A stretch of 64,000 bases of DNA from Myxococcales bacterium (GCA_016792845.1 JAEUKH010000018.1:138984-202983); one strand, 5' to 3'. Positions 49,424 through 61,320 are shown, counted from the stretch's first letter. Numbers and translations are program-made. The notes: generated by a model not told the origin, from the sequence alone.

Positions 49424-50731
49424 GTGAGTCTTCCGCTGGTTGTTGCGATCCAGAAGGCGCTCGGCGAGGCGCCCGGCCACCCTGCCCTCGTCGACGATGC
49501 GCTGCGGGCGGTGTTCAGCTTCCAGCTCCACGCGCCGCAGCTGACCGACGACCCGCGCGCGCGGGCCGCGCCGCACGCGGTGCTCCACGAGATGCTCACC
49601 CACCTCGCCGCGGGCCCGTGGCACGCGCGCTTTGTCGCCCTTGAGTTGAACAGTGTTCAACACGAGGCCCTGGTCATCGCGGGCTTCGCCGCCGCGTCGC
49701 TGCCCGAGGTCGAGTGGCTCATCAAGCAGAACTGGCGGGTCACCGAGGGGCTCCTCGCGGCCCGCGACGACGCCCCCGAAGCGCTGCTGGCGCTGGCCGA
49801 GCGGCTGCGCGGCAAGCCCGCCGAGAACCCCGCACTCTTGACGGCGCTGGGTCGCCTCGCGGTGATCGCCGACGGCCTCGAAGACGCGCTCACGTTGGCG
49901 AATTGTAGCCTCGCCGCGACGGCCGAGCGCGCCTTCACGGCCCTCGGCCCGACCCGCACCGCGCGGGTGGTCGAGCGGGTGCTCGCGCGCTTCGACCACA
50001 CGCCCGAGTTTCGCAGCCAGAGCCTCATCCCGATGCTCGAACGGGTCGGGCCCTGGCTCAACGCCCGCGCCCTCGACGCCGTGCTGACCCGGGCCGAGCT
50101 CCTCTCGAACACCTACCTCGCATGGGAAGATTGGGGCCAACGCCTCGGCCAGAACGCCGACACGCGCTTCGTCCTCGGGGCCGTCGCGGCCCGCATCGCC
50201 CAGCACGACGACCCGGGGCTCCGCGACGGGTGGCGCCGGGCCGCGCGCATGTTGCTCGACCGCGCGACGCACCGCGGGTTTGTGCCCTCGCCCGACGACG
50301 ACGTGTTCATCGACCCCGCGGGCGCGGCGCGCGGCAACGACGACGTGTGGATGGCCACCCGGAGGCTCCTCAACGCCATCGGCCCGACCCGCGCCGAGGC
50401 CGTGCTGACGGCAGCCTTCGCGGGCTACCGCGCCCCCTGCGAGGCCCTCCGCTTCGCCGTGAGCGGCATGTCGCCGGGCTACCTCTCTCGGGTCGCCGAG
50501 GCCATGGTGGCCGTGCGCGACGACCCTGCCTTCTCAGACCTCCTGGCCATCAGCGACCTCAAGCCCTTCGGCCCCGGGTTCGTCGACGCGCTCATCGAGG
50601 CCCTGCGCGACCTCCGTCCGCGCCGCGCCTTTGTGAAGCACCTTGAGCGCAACCTCAGCGTCGGCGACTACAACCGCCTCTCGATCTGGCTTGAGACGCG
50701 CCCGCCGCCCAAACGCCCCCGCGCGCCGTGA
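49424..50731 (+). CDS. Hypothetical helical-repeat protein
   Basis: 435-aa ORF with ordinary composition. An in-frame palindrome at 49644 encodes ELNSVQH. Confidence 0.4.
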   Translation: MSLPLVVAIQKALGEAPGHPALVDDALRAVFSFQLHAPQLTDDPRARAAPHAVLHEMLTHLAAGPWHARFVALELNSVQHEALVIAGFAAASLPEVEWLIKQNWRVTEGLLAARDDAPEALLALAERLRGKPAENPALLTALGRLAVIADGLEDALTLANCSLAATAERAFTALGPTRTARVVERVLARFDHTPEFRSQSLIPMLERVGPWLNARALDAVLTRAELLSNTYLAWEDWGQRLGQNADTRFVLGAVAARIAQHDDPGLRDGWRRAARMLLDRATHRGFVPSPDDDVFIDPAGAARGNDDVWMATRRLLNAIGPTRAEAVLTAAFAGYRAPCEALRFAVSGMSPGYLSRVAEAMVAVRDDPAFSDLLAISDLKPFGPGFVDALIEALRDLRPRRAFVKHLERNLSVGDYNRLSIWLETRPPPKRPRAP

Positions 50732-50794
50732 GCGCCCTGTTGAACAGTGTTCAACAGTGGGTGAAATTCGGGGGCGCAGCGGGTGCGGCGCGGG

Positions 50795-52600
<1,806 letters not shown>

Positions 52601-52648
52601 GCGATGTACTCCTCGGCGCGCGGTTGCCCCCAACGACGGGTCAAACGC

Positions 52649-53248
52649 TCAGTTGGTCTGCCCCTCGTCGTCGCCCTTCGGAGCCTCTGTCGCCACGGGC
52701 TTGCCCTTCGACACCACCACCTGCGCGGCCCGCAAGAGCCGATCGGCGAACTGGTAGCCCGGCACAAACTCTTGCACCACCACGCCCGCGGGGTACTCGT
52801 CGTGCTCGACCTGCTGAATGGCCTCGTGCACGTTGGGGTCGAACACCTGCCCGACCGACTTGAGGCGGCTGCCGCCCACCCGGGTCAGGGTGTCTTCAAA
52901 GAGCCGCAGCACCATCACGACGCCCTCGCCGATGGCCTTGGCGTCGGTGCTCGACTTCGAAAAATTCGCCGCGCGCTCGAGGTTGTCGAACACCGGCAGG
53001 AGCTCGCGCAAGACGTCTTCTTTGGCGCGCTTCTTGGCGTCATCTTCGTCGCGGCGCGCGCGCTTGCGGAAGTTGTCAAAGTCAGCCCGCGAACGCAAAA
53101 GCTGATCGCGGAGGGCGTTACGCTCTTCGGTGAGGAGGGCCAGCAAGTCGGGCTCGGCAGGGGCCGCCGCGGGGGCCGCCTCGTTCGCTGCTGAGGCCTC
53201 GGTTTCAGGGGTGTTCGCTTCGTTGGGAGCCGTCGACTCGTTGCTCAT
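52649..53248 (-). CDS. grpE: Nucleotide exchange factor GrpE
   Basis: RADFDNFRKR and the C-terminal beta-domain conserved in GrpE. It lies upstream of dnaK on the same strand. Confidence 0.85.
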   Translation of the reverse strand: MSNESTAPNEANTPETEASAANEAAPAAAPAEPDLLALLTEERNALRDQLLRSRADFDNFRKRARRDEDDAKKRAKEDVLRELLPVFDNLERAANFSKSSTDAKAIGEGVVMVLRLFEDTLTRVGGSRLKSVGQVFDPNVHEAIQQVEHDEYPAGVVVQEFVPGYQFADRLLRAAQVVVSKGKPVATEAPKGDDEGQTN

Positions 53249-53384
53249 GCGCGTTGCCTTGAGAGAGGATAGACCGTGAGGGCGCCTGCGGGCTCTGAAC
53301 GAGCCGCCGCGACGACACCTCCACTGGGGTCAGTGATGTATCACAGCCCGTCATCACTTGTGCCCCCAATGTCAACGCCGACGG

Positions 53385-54050
53385 TCAGCCGCCGACGAGC
53401 TTGCGCCGTGCGGGGCAGAGGTCTGCGCAGGCGCAGCCTACACACCTGGGCTTGCGCGCGAGGCAGGTGTAGCGACCGAAGAGCACGAGCCTGTGGCCGG
53501 TGGCGATCCATCGGGCGGGCGCGATCACGCGCATGAGGTCGGCCTCGACCTTCACCGGGTCGGTGTGGCGGGTGAATCCGAGGCGCTTTGACACCCGCAA
53601 GACGTGGGTGTCGACGGTGATGCCCGAGGCGATGCCGAAGCCCGTGCCGAGCACCACGTTGGCGGTCTTTCGCGCCACCCCCGGGAGGGCCACCAGCTCG
53701 GCCATGCTCTCTGGCACCGCCCCGCCGTGGAGGGCCACGAGGCGCCCCGCCGTGGCGACGATGTTGCGGGCCTTGTTCTTGTAAAAGCCCGTAGGCTTGA
53801 TGAGCGCCTCGACCTCGCTGAGCGCGGCCCCGGCCAAGGCCTCGGCGTTGGGGTACTTCGCGAAGAGCCCCGGCGTCACGAGGTTGACGGTCCTGTCGGT
53901 GGTCTGCGCTGAGAGGATGGTGGCGACGAGGAGCTCGAAGGGTGAGCTGAAATCAAGCTCGCAGCGGGGCTCTGGCACTGTGGCCTCGATGGCCTGGAGC
54001 GTCGCAGAGACCCGCGCGAGGCGCTGCTTCGAGGGCGCGCGAGGGGTCAC
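53385..54050 (-). CDS. nth: Endonuclease III (Nth)
   Basis: HhH-GPD motif and a C-terminal C-x6-C-x2-C-x5-C 4Fe-4S cluster. Confidence 0.85.
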   Translation of the reverse strand: MTPRAPSKQRLARVSATLQAIEATVPEPRCELDFSSPFELLVATILSAQTTDRTVNLVTPGLFAKYPNAEALAGAALSEVEALIKPTGFYKNKARNIVATAGRLVALHGGAVPESMAELVALPGVARKTANVVLGTGFGIASGITVDTHVLRVSKRLGFTRHTDPVKVEADLMRVIAPARWIATGHRLVLFGRYTCLARKPRCVGCACADLCPARRKLVGG

Positions 54051-55078
54051 CGCGCGGCGTTCTGCACCCGCTGCACGAAGGCAGGCTCGGCCACGGTGTT
54101 GCCGAGGGCCGCGCGCGTACGCTGGAAGAGGTCAGTCCATTGTTGGCGCTGGGCCGCTGAGACTTGCACGGTGGTGAGGCCGCGGGTGCTCAGGGTGTTC
54201 AAGGTGCTCGCCTCGTCGCGGCGGAGGTTGTTGATCAGCAGCTGGTGAAACTGCGTGGCGGTCTCGCGAAGCGCGGTCTGGAGCTCGGGCGAGAGGCTGT
54301 TCATCTGGGTGTTGCCGAAGACCGTGGCGCCGACCACCACGCCGACGTTCTGGTCGGTCATGTGGGTGGCCCGGGTCGACCATTGCAGCGACACCGCGGC
54401 GTAGGGCGTGGTGATGAACGAATCGACCCGGTTGGTCTGAAGCGCGCTCAGCACCTCGGGCAGCTGCAGCCGCACCGCCTCGACGTGGGCCTCGCGGAAG
54501 AACGCCGGCATCACCAGGTCGTCGCGCCAGACGTACGGGTGGAGCCCCGCCATCTCGCTCGGCGCCGCCACCGGGCGGTTCGAGAACACCCGCGAGAAGC
54601 CCACGTCGGCCCAGCCCATGAAGGCAAAGCCCGCGGTATTGAACTCACGCACGATGTCGGCGTTGGTCGCCGCGCGGGCGGCGTCGAGCTGACGGTACGA
54701 GCCGAACATCCCGGGCATCTGGAAGGTGAGCGCGGGGCGGTAGATCTGCGCGAGGCCCACCGCGGTCACCGCGGCGCCGTCGAGACGCCCCGAGCGGATC
54801 TTGCGAACCACCTCGCTCTCGTCACCCTGGACGCCGCCCGGGTAGATGCGGAGCGACAGCATACGGTTGGTGCGCCGACGGAGCTCGCGATTCCACGCGT
54901 CGAGGACGCGCATCCATGTGGAGCCCGCCGGGGCGAGGGTCGCCACCGAGAGCACCCGCGCGCCGGCCGGAGTGTCACCCGCCGGCTGGGGCTGCGCGGT
55001 CACCTCGGCACCACGAACAAAGAAGGCGCCGAGGGCGGCAACGCCGAGGGCCACGAAACCAAGGCTGTATCGCTTCAT
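54047..55078 (-). CDS. TRAP-type periplasmic solute-binding protein (DctP family), orphan
   Basis: Signal peptide and DctP-like RIYPGGVQGDESEVVRKIRSGRLDGAAV. No dctQM nearby. Confidence 0.5.
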   Translation of the reverse strand: MKRYSLGFVALGVAALGAFFVRGAEVTAQPQPAGDTPAGARVLSVATLAPAGSTWMRVLDAWNRELRRRTNRMLSLRIYPGGVQGDESEVVRKIRSGRLDGAAVTAVGLAQIYRPALTFQMPGMFGSYRQLDAARAATNADIVREFNTAGFAFMGWADVGFSRVFSNRPVAAPSEMAGLHPYVWRDDLVMPAFFREAHVEAVRLQLPEVLSALQTNRVDSFITTPYAAVSLQWSTRATHMTDQNVGVVVGATVFGNTQMNSLSPELQTALRETATQFHQLLINNLRRDEASTLNTLSTRGLTTVQVSAAQRQQWTDLFQRTRAALGNTVAEPAFVQRVQNAAR

Positions 55079-55229
55079 GGAGTCAACCACTTTCTGTGTC
55101 ACTGTCGAAGTTGTCGTTGTCGGCCCCGGAGGGTGGGCAATCGGCCACAAGTACGGGCCCCGCGCCTCTGCGATTCAGACCCGCATCGGGCGCCCTGACC
55201 TCACCCCTGGCGCGCCGCGGGGCGTGCCC

Positions 55230-56243
55230 TCAGTTGCTCGCGGGTGCCGCCTCGGCGGGCGCCGCAGGCGTCTCAGCGCTGGCCCCTTCGGCGGGCGCCG
55301 CGCCCTCTTCTTCGGGTGCGAAGAGGTTGTCGATCTGCGCGAGATACCGCCGCGCGCGGCGCTTGGCGATCTGGTTGGCGAGGCGCTGCTCGGGCAACAC
55401 ATCGCCCGCGTTGATCACCTCTTCGAGGAGCCGACGGTAGAGCGCGCGGTCTTGCACCATCACCGCGTAGGCCCGCGCCTCCATCACGATGTAGGTGAGA
55501 AACTGGCGGTTGGTGCGCGCGATGGCCTCTTCGAAGAGGCGCCGCGACTCGACCGGGTCGCCGCCGAGGGAGGCCGCGGCGCGGGCGTGATAGGCCGCCA
55601 TGGCCGCGAGGGGCGCGTGGCTGTTGAAGGTCGGGTCGAGCTGCATCGTGCGCTCGAAGCACGCGATCGCGAAGGGCAGATCGGCGAGCACATCGGGGTT
55701 GTCTTTGTTCAAGCTGATGTGTCGGGCCCAGTTGTAGCCGAGCCAGAACACCATGCCGGCGTGCTCGCGGTCGTCGAAGCGGTTCAGGTAGCCGCGCCAC
55801 GCCTGGAGGCCGCGCTGCACCGCGGCCAGAGCGCCGCCGTCGGCGTCTTCTTCGCGGGTGAGGGTCTCGAAGCCCACGGCCTTGCCGCGGAGGTAGGCCA
55901 TCGACGCGCGGGCCCGGTAGTGCTCGATGCGCGCCTCGTCGTCGTTCGCCTCAGCCTCTTCGAGGTGATCTTCGAGGAAGCCGAAGCCGAACGAGCCGTA
56001 CGCCCGCATGAGGTTGACCCGCAGCCCCGTGTTGTCGGGGATGACCAGGAGGAGGCCCTCCATCTGCGTGATCGAGTACGGCAGCGCCGACTCGGCCAAG
56101 GCCGGATCGGTGAAGGTCTGAAGGGCCGGCGAGGCCCGATTCATGATCCTCGCGGTCGAGTTGGCCGCGAGCCGTTGAAGACACCCCGTCATACTGACTG
56201 CGAGCGCCGCAGCCAGGAACCCCGTCACCACCCTGGTACGCAT
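55230..56243 (-). CDS. TPR-like repeat lipoprotein
   Basis: Lipobox MTGC. Helical repeat composition. Confidence 0.4.
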   Translation of the reverse strand: MRTRVVTGFLAAALAVSMTGCLQRLAANSTARIMNRASPALQTFTDPALAESALPYSITQMEGLLLVIPDNTGLRVNLMRAYGSFGFGFLEDHLEEAEANDDEARIEHYRARASMAYLRGKAVGFETLTREEDADGGALAAVQRGLQAWRGYLNRFDDREHAGMVFWLGYNWARHISLNKDNPDVLADLPFAIACFERTMQLDPTFNSHAPLAAMAAYHARAAASLGGDPVESRRLFEEAIARTNRQFLTYIVMEARAYAVMVQDRALYRRLLEEVINAGDVLPEQRLANQIAKRRARRYLAQIDNLFAPEEEGAAPAEGASAETPAAPAEAAPASN

Positions 56244-56313
56244 CGTGGCTCGACTGCGTAAAGGTATCGCCCCCCGAGTGTCAACGCCTTACGCGACACC
56301 CGGCCCCACTTGA

Positions 56314-56949
56314 TTGCATGATCTGCCCCCACGAGACCCGATGATGCAGCGCGCCGAAACCACCCTCGAACGCCTCCGAAGGCTCGCCCCGTGGGCCCTC
56401 GGGGCCCTCGCCTTGAGCCTGTCTCAGCCTGCCGAAGCCACGGTGTTTCGTGCCATCTCGCTCGATGAGATGGCGCGCCGGGCCGACGCCGTAGCGGTGC
56501 TCATGGGGCCCCCAGACACCGCCGCCGCGTCAAGAAGTTACTGGCTCGGGCGGCGCATCGTGACCGAGCAGACGCTCACCGTGGTGGGCGTGCTGGCTGA
56601 CCGAACGGGGCTGCTTCGACAGGCCTCGGGGCCCTTGGTCTTGACGATTCCGGGTGGGCGTGTAGGGCCGCATGTGCAGACTGTGGCGGGCGCCCCCGAG
56701 CCGCGCCCCAACGCGGTACAGACCGTGTTCTTGCAGCGCCTCCGCGACGGCCGTTGGGTCGTCTACGACATGGCCTTGGGGCTCCTGCCGATGCGCCCCG
56801 ACGGCCGCGGCGGCTGGTGGGTCTCGCCGCCCGACACCCGCGGCATCGAGCGCGTCGACGGCGACACCGGCGCGGCGCCGCTCGCGATGCCCGCCGAGGG
56901 CCTGAGCCTCACCGCGCTCCAGGGCCGCATCGAGCGAGCCGCACCGTGA
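56314..56949 (+). CDS. Secreted hypothetical protein, partner of the matrixin (paralogue of 13972..14508)
   Basis: Signal peptide. Similar to 13972..14508 (A.VF.AISLDEMARRADAVAVL vs AIVVAPIGLSALTQQSDDVVLGTV). GTGA overlap with the matrixin. Confidence 0.5.
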   Translation: MHDLPPRDPMMQRAETTLERLRRLAPWALGALALSLSQPAEATVFRAISLDEMARRADAVAVLMGPPDTAAASRSYWLGRRIVTEQTLTVVGVLADRTGLLRQASGPLVLTIPGGRVGPHVQTVAGAPEPRPNAVQTVFLQRLRDGRWVVYDMALGLLPMRPDGRGGWWVSPPDTRGIERVDGDTGAAPLAMPAEGLSLTALQGRIERAAP

Positions 56950-57818
56950 GCGCCGCGCCGCCCTCGTCGCGCTCGGGCCCCCTCGCCCTCGGCCTCGCGG
57001 CCCTCGCGCTGCTCACCGACGCGCACGGGTACTGCCGCACCACCACGTCGCCGGCGCAGCCCGACCCCACCGTGTGCCCCGCCCGCGGCGTGCCCATCGC
57101 CTGGCCCACCCGCTGCGGCGCCATGCGGCTCTCGCCCATCGAGCGCCCCCCGAACCTCGATTGGAGCGTCGTCCAGAGCGCGACCCGCGACGCCGCCGCG
57201 GCGTGGCGCGGTATCGACTGCGGCGGCGGCCGACCCTCAGGCTTCGACCTCGAGATCCTCGGCGACGTCGCCGCCGCCGCCGGCTACAATGTTGACGGTG
57301 TCAACATCAACAGCATCAACTTTCTGTCTCGTTGGGCTGACGACGCGTTTCACCCGCCCGACGCGGCGGCGGTGACCATCGTCACCTTCGGCGCGATGTC
57401 GGCCAGCATCCTCGACACCGACACCGACCTGAACCTCGCCGACTTTCGCTTCGTGGTGGGCGCCGACCGCACCGGCGCTGACTTGCAGACCATCCTCGGG
57501 CACGAGATGGGGCACGCGTTGGGGCTCGCCCACAGCCCCGATCGCCTCTCGGTGATGTGGTACGCCGTCGGTCGCGGCGAGCAGCGGCGCGCCCCAACGA
57601 GCGACGACGTCGCGGGCCTCTGCGCGGTGTATCCGCCGCGGCCGCGCGAGGCGTGCGACCCCGAGATTCGTCGCGAGACCTTCTACGGCGGCGGGTTGCC
57701 GCTGGCCTGCACGAGCGGGCCCCGCGGGGGCGGGTCGGGGGGCGCTGCGGTGTGCCTCGGCGCGGCGCTCTGGCTCTCGGCGCGGCGACGGCGCGCGGCG
57801 CTCAGCGGGCGGCGATGA
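56946..57818 (+). CDS. Matrixin-family zinc metalloprotease (M10) with a MYXO-CTERM-like tail
   Basis: HEMGHALGLAHS motif. C-terminal GGGSGGAAVCLGAALWLSARRRR. Carries a GTTGAC-type palindrome at 57289 (NVDGVNI). Confidence 0.75.
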   Translation: MSAAPPSSRSGPLALGLAALALLTDAHGYCRTTTSPAQPDPTVCPARGVPIAWPTRCGAMRLSPIERPPNLDWSVVQSATRDAAAAWRGIDCGGGRPSGFDLEILGDVAAAAGYNVDGVNINSINFLSRWADDAFHPPDAAAVTIVTFGAMSASILDTDTDLNLADFRFVVGADRTGADLQTILGHEMGHALGLAHSPDRLSVMWYAVGRGEQRRAPTSDDVAGLCAVYPPRPREACDPEIRRETFYGGGLPLACTSGPRGGGSGGAAVCLGAALWLSARRRRAALSGRR

Positions 57819-59106
57819 GGATGATCTCGACCGCTGCGAGGAGCGCCACCGAGCGGTCAGGGTCGAGCAGGAGCGGCGCGATGGGGTCGCAGTCGGTGCC
57901 GCCTCCGAGGGCCTCGGGCCAGGCCATCACCGCCATGCGCCGTACGCTCGGATCGGGCGCGCGAAGAGCCCGCCGCAGGGGCTCAAGGGTGCTCGGGTCG
58001 CCGCGCTGCGCGAGGGTCGCGAGGGCGCGAACGGCCACAAACCCGTCGAGGCTCGCAGACAGGCGGCGCAGCACCTCGGCGGCCCGCCCGCGGTGCTCAG
58101 GCTGACGGAGCAGCGTCGCCGCCACGCGGAGCGCGACCTCGGGGTCGGGGCTCTCGAGCGCCAGCGCCAGCCCGTCGGCGTGCGAGCCCGCGAGCATCGC
58201 GCTCGTCACCGCGGCTTGGGCGCGAAGCTCGCGGCGCCCTGCCGACATCGCGCGGAGCAAGAACGCACCCGCGGCCTCGTCGTGATGCGACGCGAGCACC
58301 CGCGCGCACTCGATGTTGACACTGTTTACATCGCCCGTCGCGAGCTGCTCGCGGAGCGCGACCTCTGCGGCCTCGGCATCGACGGCGAACCAAGCCGACG
58401 CGACGGCGAGCCGCATGCTCGGGTCGCCTTGTTGGAAGAGCGCGGCGAGGGTCGGGGCGGCGTCGGCGCCGTAGCTGCCGAGGGTGCTCGCGGCGCCGAG
58501 GCGCGCGACGCGGTTGGGGTCTTCGAGGGCGATCTGGCGCACGGCGGCGAGGGCCCTGGGGTGCCGGTGGCTCCGCGCGAGCTCGTAGAGGGCCGCCTGA
58601 CGGAGCTGCGGGTCTTCGCTCTGGAGCCACCCGATGAGGGTCTCTCGGCCGCGTCGGCCGCGGAGGCTGGCCATGCCCGCGACCCGGCGCTCGCGGTCGT
58701 CGCTGGCGGCGGCGTCGCGGAGGCGGCGCGGGGGGTCGCCGTCGCGTCGCTCCATTTCGTACCGCGTCGAGGCGGCGCGATCGCCCACCACGTCGGGCCG
58801 TCGGGCGAGCTCATCGAGGAGGTCGAAGGCGCGCACGCCGAGGCCGCGGAGGGCTGAGAAGCATGCGCTCCGCGCGCTCTCATCGCGGCTGCCGCATTGG
58901 GCCTTGAGGCTCGCCAGGGCGATCTCAGCGACGAGGTCTGGGTCGCCCTCGCCGCGGGTCTCGACGAAGCTCCGATACGCCACCAGGGCTTCGTGAATCT
59001 GCGCGCTGCGGGCGTAGCTCCGTACGGGGCTGACGCCGCTGGCGCAGTGCGCGGCGGCCGACATCACCAAGGCAACGACCCACCGACGGCGCGACGCGAG
59101 AGGCAC
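57802..59106 (-). CDS. HEAT-repeat protein
   Basis: Multiple PxxRxxAxxAL HEAT-like repeats. Confidence 0.55.
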   Translation of the reverse strand: MPLASRRRWVVALVMSAAAHCASGVSPVRSYARSAQIHEALVAYRSFVETRGEGDPDLVAEIALASLKAQCGSRDESARSACFSALRGLGVRAFDLLDELARRPDVVGDRAASTRYEMERRDGDPPRRLRDAAASDDRERRVAGMASLRGRRGRETLIGWLQSEDPQLRQAALYELARSHRHPRALAAVRQIALEDPNRVARLGAASTLGSYGADAAPTLAALFQQGDPSMRLAVASAWFAVDAEAAEVALREQLATGDVNSVNIECARVLASHHDEAAGAFLLRAMSAGRRELRAQAAVTSAMLAGSHADGLALALESPDPEVALRVAATLLRQPEHRGRAAEVLRRLSASLDGFVAVRALATLAQRGDPSTLEPLRRALRAPDPSVRRMAVMAWPEALGGGTDCDPIAPLLLDPDRSVALLAAVEIILIAAR

Positions 59107-59154
59107 CTCGCGATGGTAGCTTGAGGCGCGGCCCCGGTGCTATGAGCGAGGGCC

Positions 59155-60051
59155 GTGAGACAGCGGGTGCTGCGTGATGGGGGTGTGGCGGCGAGCGCGC
59201 TCGGGGCGTGCGCGCTGGCCCTCTCGGGGCTGTGGTGTGTGGGGCCGCGTGCGCTTCAGGCGCAGCCGCGAGAGGGCGCCCGGGTCGACCGCGTCGCGAT
59301 CGCCGAGGGGGGCTTCGTGATGGGTGACGACACCCTCGGTGAGGGCGACGAGCGCCCGCGCCATCGCGCGGTGTTGCCTGCGTTTCGGATCGACCGCACC
59401 GAGGTCACCCAGGCCGACTGGCGGCGCTGCGTGGGGGCGCGGCGGTGCACGTCTCCGAGGCCCCTTGAGGCGCGGTTTGTTGGGCCGAGGTTGCCGCAGA
59501 TGGGGGTGAGCTGGTTTCAGGCGGCGGAGTATTGCGCTTGGGCGGGCGGGCGGCTCCCGAGCGAGGCCGAGTGGGAGCGCGCGGCGCGGGGCCCTGAGGG
59601 GCGCACCTTCCCTTGGGGCGAGGCGACGCCGACGCCGCGGCACGCGGTGTTTGGGCGCGCTGACGCGACGGGCTTCCCCGACCCGGTGGGCACGCACCCG
59701 CAGGGTGACAGCCCCGAGGGCGTGCATGACCTCGCGGGCAACGTCTGGGAGTGGGTCGCGAGCCCCTACGACCCCTATGCGTACCGCCACCCCGAGACGC
59801 CCGCGACGTGCGCCACCGCGATGGCCGCACTCGGCGACCTCCGACGCCTCGGGGTGCGCGGGTTCACGGGCTCGAACCCCCTCCCCAACGAGTGCGAGCG
59901 CGTGCTCCGCGGCGGCGGGTGGAACTACGGCGGCGCCGGCCTCCGCAGCTCGAACCGCGTGCACCACCCCCCGCGCTATCGCCTGGTCATGTCGGGCTTC
60001 CGCTGCGCCGACGACGGCCCCGCCTCTGCCCCCTCGGCGCCGCCCCTGTGA
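59155..60051 (+). CDS. Formylglycine-generating enzyme (SUMF1/FGE-sulfatase) family protein
   Basis: GNVWEWV...RGGGW and other FGE-domain signatures. Confidence 0.75.
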   Translation: MRQRVLRDGGVAASALGACALALSGLWCVGPRALQAQPREGARVDRVAIAEGGFVMGDDTLGEGDERPRHRAVLPAFRIDRTEVTQADWRRCVGARRCTSPRPLEARFVGPRLPQMGVSWFQAAEYCAWAGGRLPSEAEWERAARGPEGRTFPWGEATPTPRHAVFGRADATGFPDPVGTHPQGDSPEGVHDLAGNVWEWVASPYDPYAYRHPETPATCATAMAALGDLRRLGVRGFTGSNPLPNECERVLRGGGWNYGGAGLRSSNRVHHPPRYRLVMSGFRCADDGPASAPSAPPL

Positions 60052-60956
60052 CCCTCGACGCGCGGGTACTTTACGCCCACGAGACCGGCAATTTCGGGGC
60101 CCTCGCCGCCCACGACGGCCAGCTCTACGCGGGCTGCCTCAACACCGGTCGTGTGCTCGTCTTCGACCTCGCGACGGGGCGCGAGCGCCTCGTCTTCACC
60201 GACGCGCCCGGCGTGACCAGCCTCGCGGCGGGCCCCGACCGCGCGCTCTACGTCGGCAACGCGTGGCGCAAGCACATCGTGCGGTGCGCGCTCGGCACCG
60301 GGGCGTGCGAGACCCTCGCGACGGGCTTCGCCCAGTGTGTTCACCTCGTCGCATCGGGCGAGGCCCTCTACACCGGCGGCGGCGTCGGAGCCTCGCACGC
60401 CGTGTACCGCACCGACCTTCGCGTCAAAAAGAAGACCTCGCTCGGCGGCAAGCTCGGGCCCGTGATCTCGCTCACCGACGACCCGCGCGGCCTCCTGGTC
60501 ACCACCAACAGCACCCGCACGCAACCCGGCGCGCTCTGGCGCCTCGCCCCTGGGGCCGACACCCTCACCCGCCTCGCCGACGGCTTCCGCTTCTGCCGCC
60601 GCGCGCTTTGGGGCCCCGACGGCGCCGTGTACTTCGCCGCCGAGGGCGCCCCCGAAGACCCCAGCCTCAGCGCAGTCTTTCGTCTCGTCGAGGGCGAGGC
60701 GCGGGCCGTGTACGCGCGATGCTTCGACCCCCGCGGGCTCGCGTTCTTCGGCGCGCGGCTCGTGGGCGTCGGCTTCGACGGGTCGGTGTTTGAAGTGTCG
60801 CCGGGTCAGCCTGCGCGCGCCCTCGGCACCCTGGGCGTGTCAATCCAACGCGCCGTTCAGGTGGGCGCGACCTTGTACGTCAGCGCCTATGCGCCCAGGC
60901 GCCATGACAAGGCCCTCATCTTCGCCCTCGACCTCAGCGCCGCGACGGGCTCGTAA
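60048..60956 (+). CDS. Hypothetical protein, possibly a beta-propeller
   Basis: GTG start overlapping the FGE stop. Repeated LY.G...G motifs. Confidence 0.35.
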   Translation: MTLDARVLYAHETGNFGALAAHDGQLYAGCLNTGRVLVFDLATGRERLVFTDAPGVTSLAAGPDRALYVGNAWRKHIVRCALGTGACETLATGFAQCVHLVASGEALYTGGGVGASHAVYRTDLRVKKKTSLGGKLGPVISLTDDPRGLLVTTNSTRTQPGALWRLAPGADTLTRLADGFRFCRRALWGPDGAVYFAAEGAPEDPSLSAVFRLVEGEARAVYARCFDPRGLAFFGARLVGVGFDGSVFEVSPGQPARALGTLGVSIQRAVQVGATLYVSAYAPRRHDKALIFALDLSAATGS

Positions 60957-61320
60957 ACCACGCATACCAGGCCCCCGCGAGGCTGACCGTCGCCAAGAGG
61001 GCCCAGTACCGCAGATCGCCTACGAGGCCCCCCAGGGCGGCTTCGGCGCCCGCGACGGCCCCTCCCACCAGGAGCCCCGCCGACGCCAGCCTGAGGCCCC
61101 CTGAGAGGCGCCCCATGAGGCGTCGATGTCCCGTCGAGACGCGGCGCACCACCGTGAGGCTCCGGAGGGTGGTGTAGAGATGCAAGGCGAAGAGCCCGAC
61201 GAGGGGTGCGAGGGCGCGATCGCTCGCGACGAGCTGTGACCCGAGCGCGCGGAGGCTGGCCGCGGTGAGCAGCGCGAGCAGCGCGTCGAGTACGAAGACG
61301 GTCGAGAGCGGAGGGAGCAA
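60934..61320 (-). CDS. Small membrane protein
   Basis: Four predicted TM helices. 128 aa. Confidence 0.35.
   Translation of the reverse strand: MLPPLSTVFVLDALLALLTAASLRALGSQLVASDRALAPLVGLFALHLYTTLRSLTVVRRVSTGHRRLMGRLSGGLRLASAGLLVGGAVAGAEAALGGLVGDLRYWALLATVSLAGAWYAWFTSPSRR

Noticed and set aside
53249-53384. CIRCE (HrcA) element upstream of grpE-dnaK
   Set aside because: No match to TTAGCACTC-N9-GAGTGCTAA on either strand.
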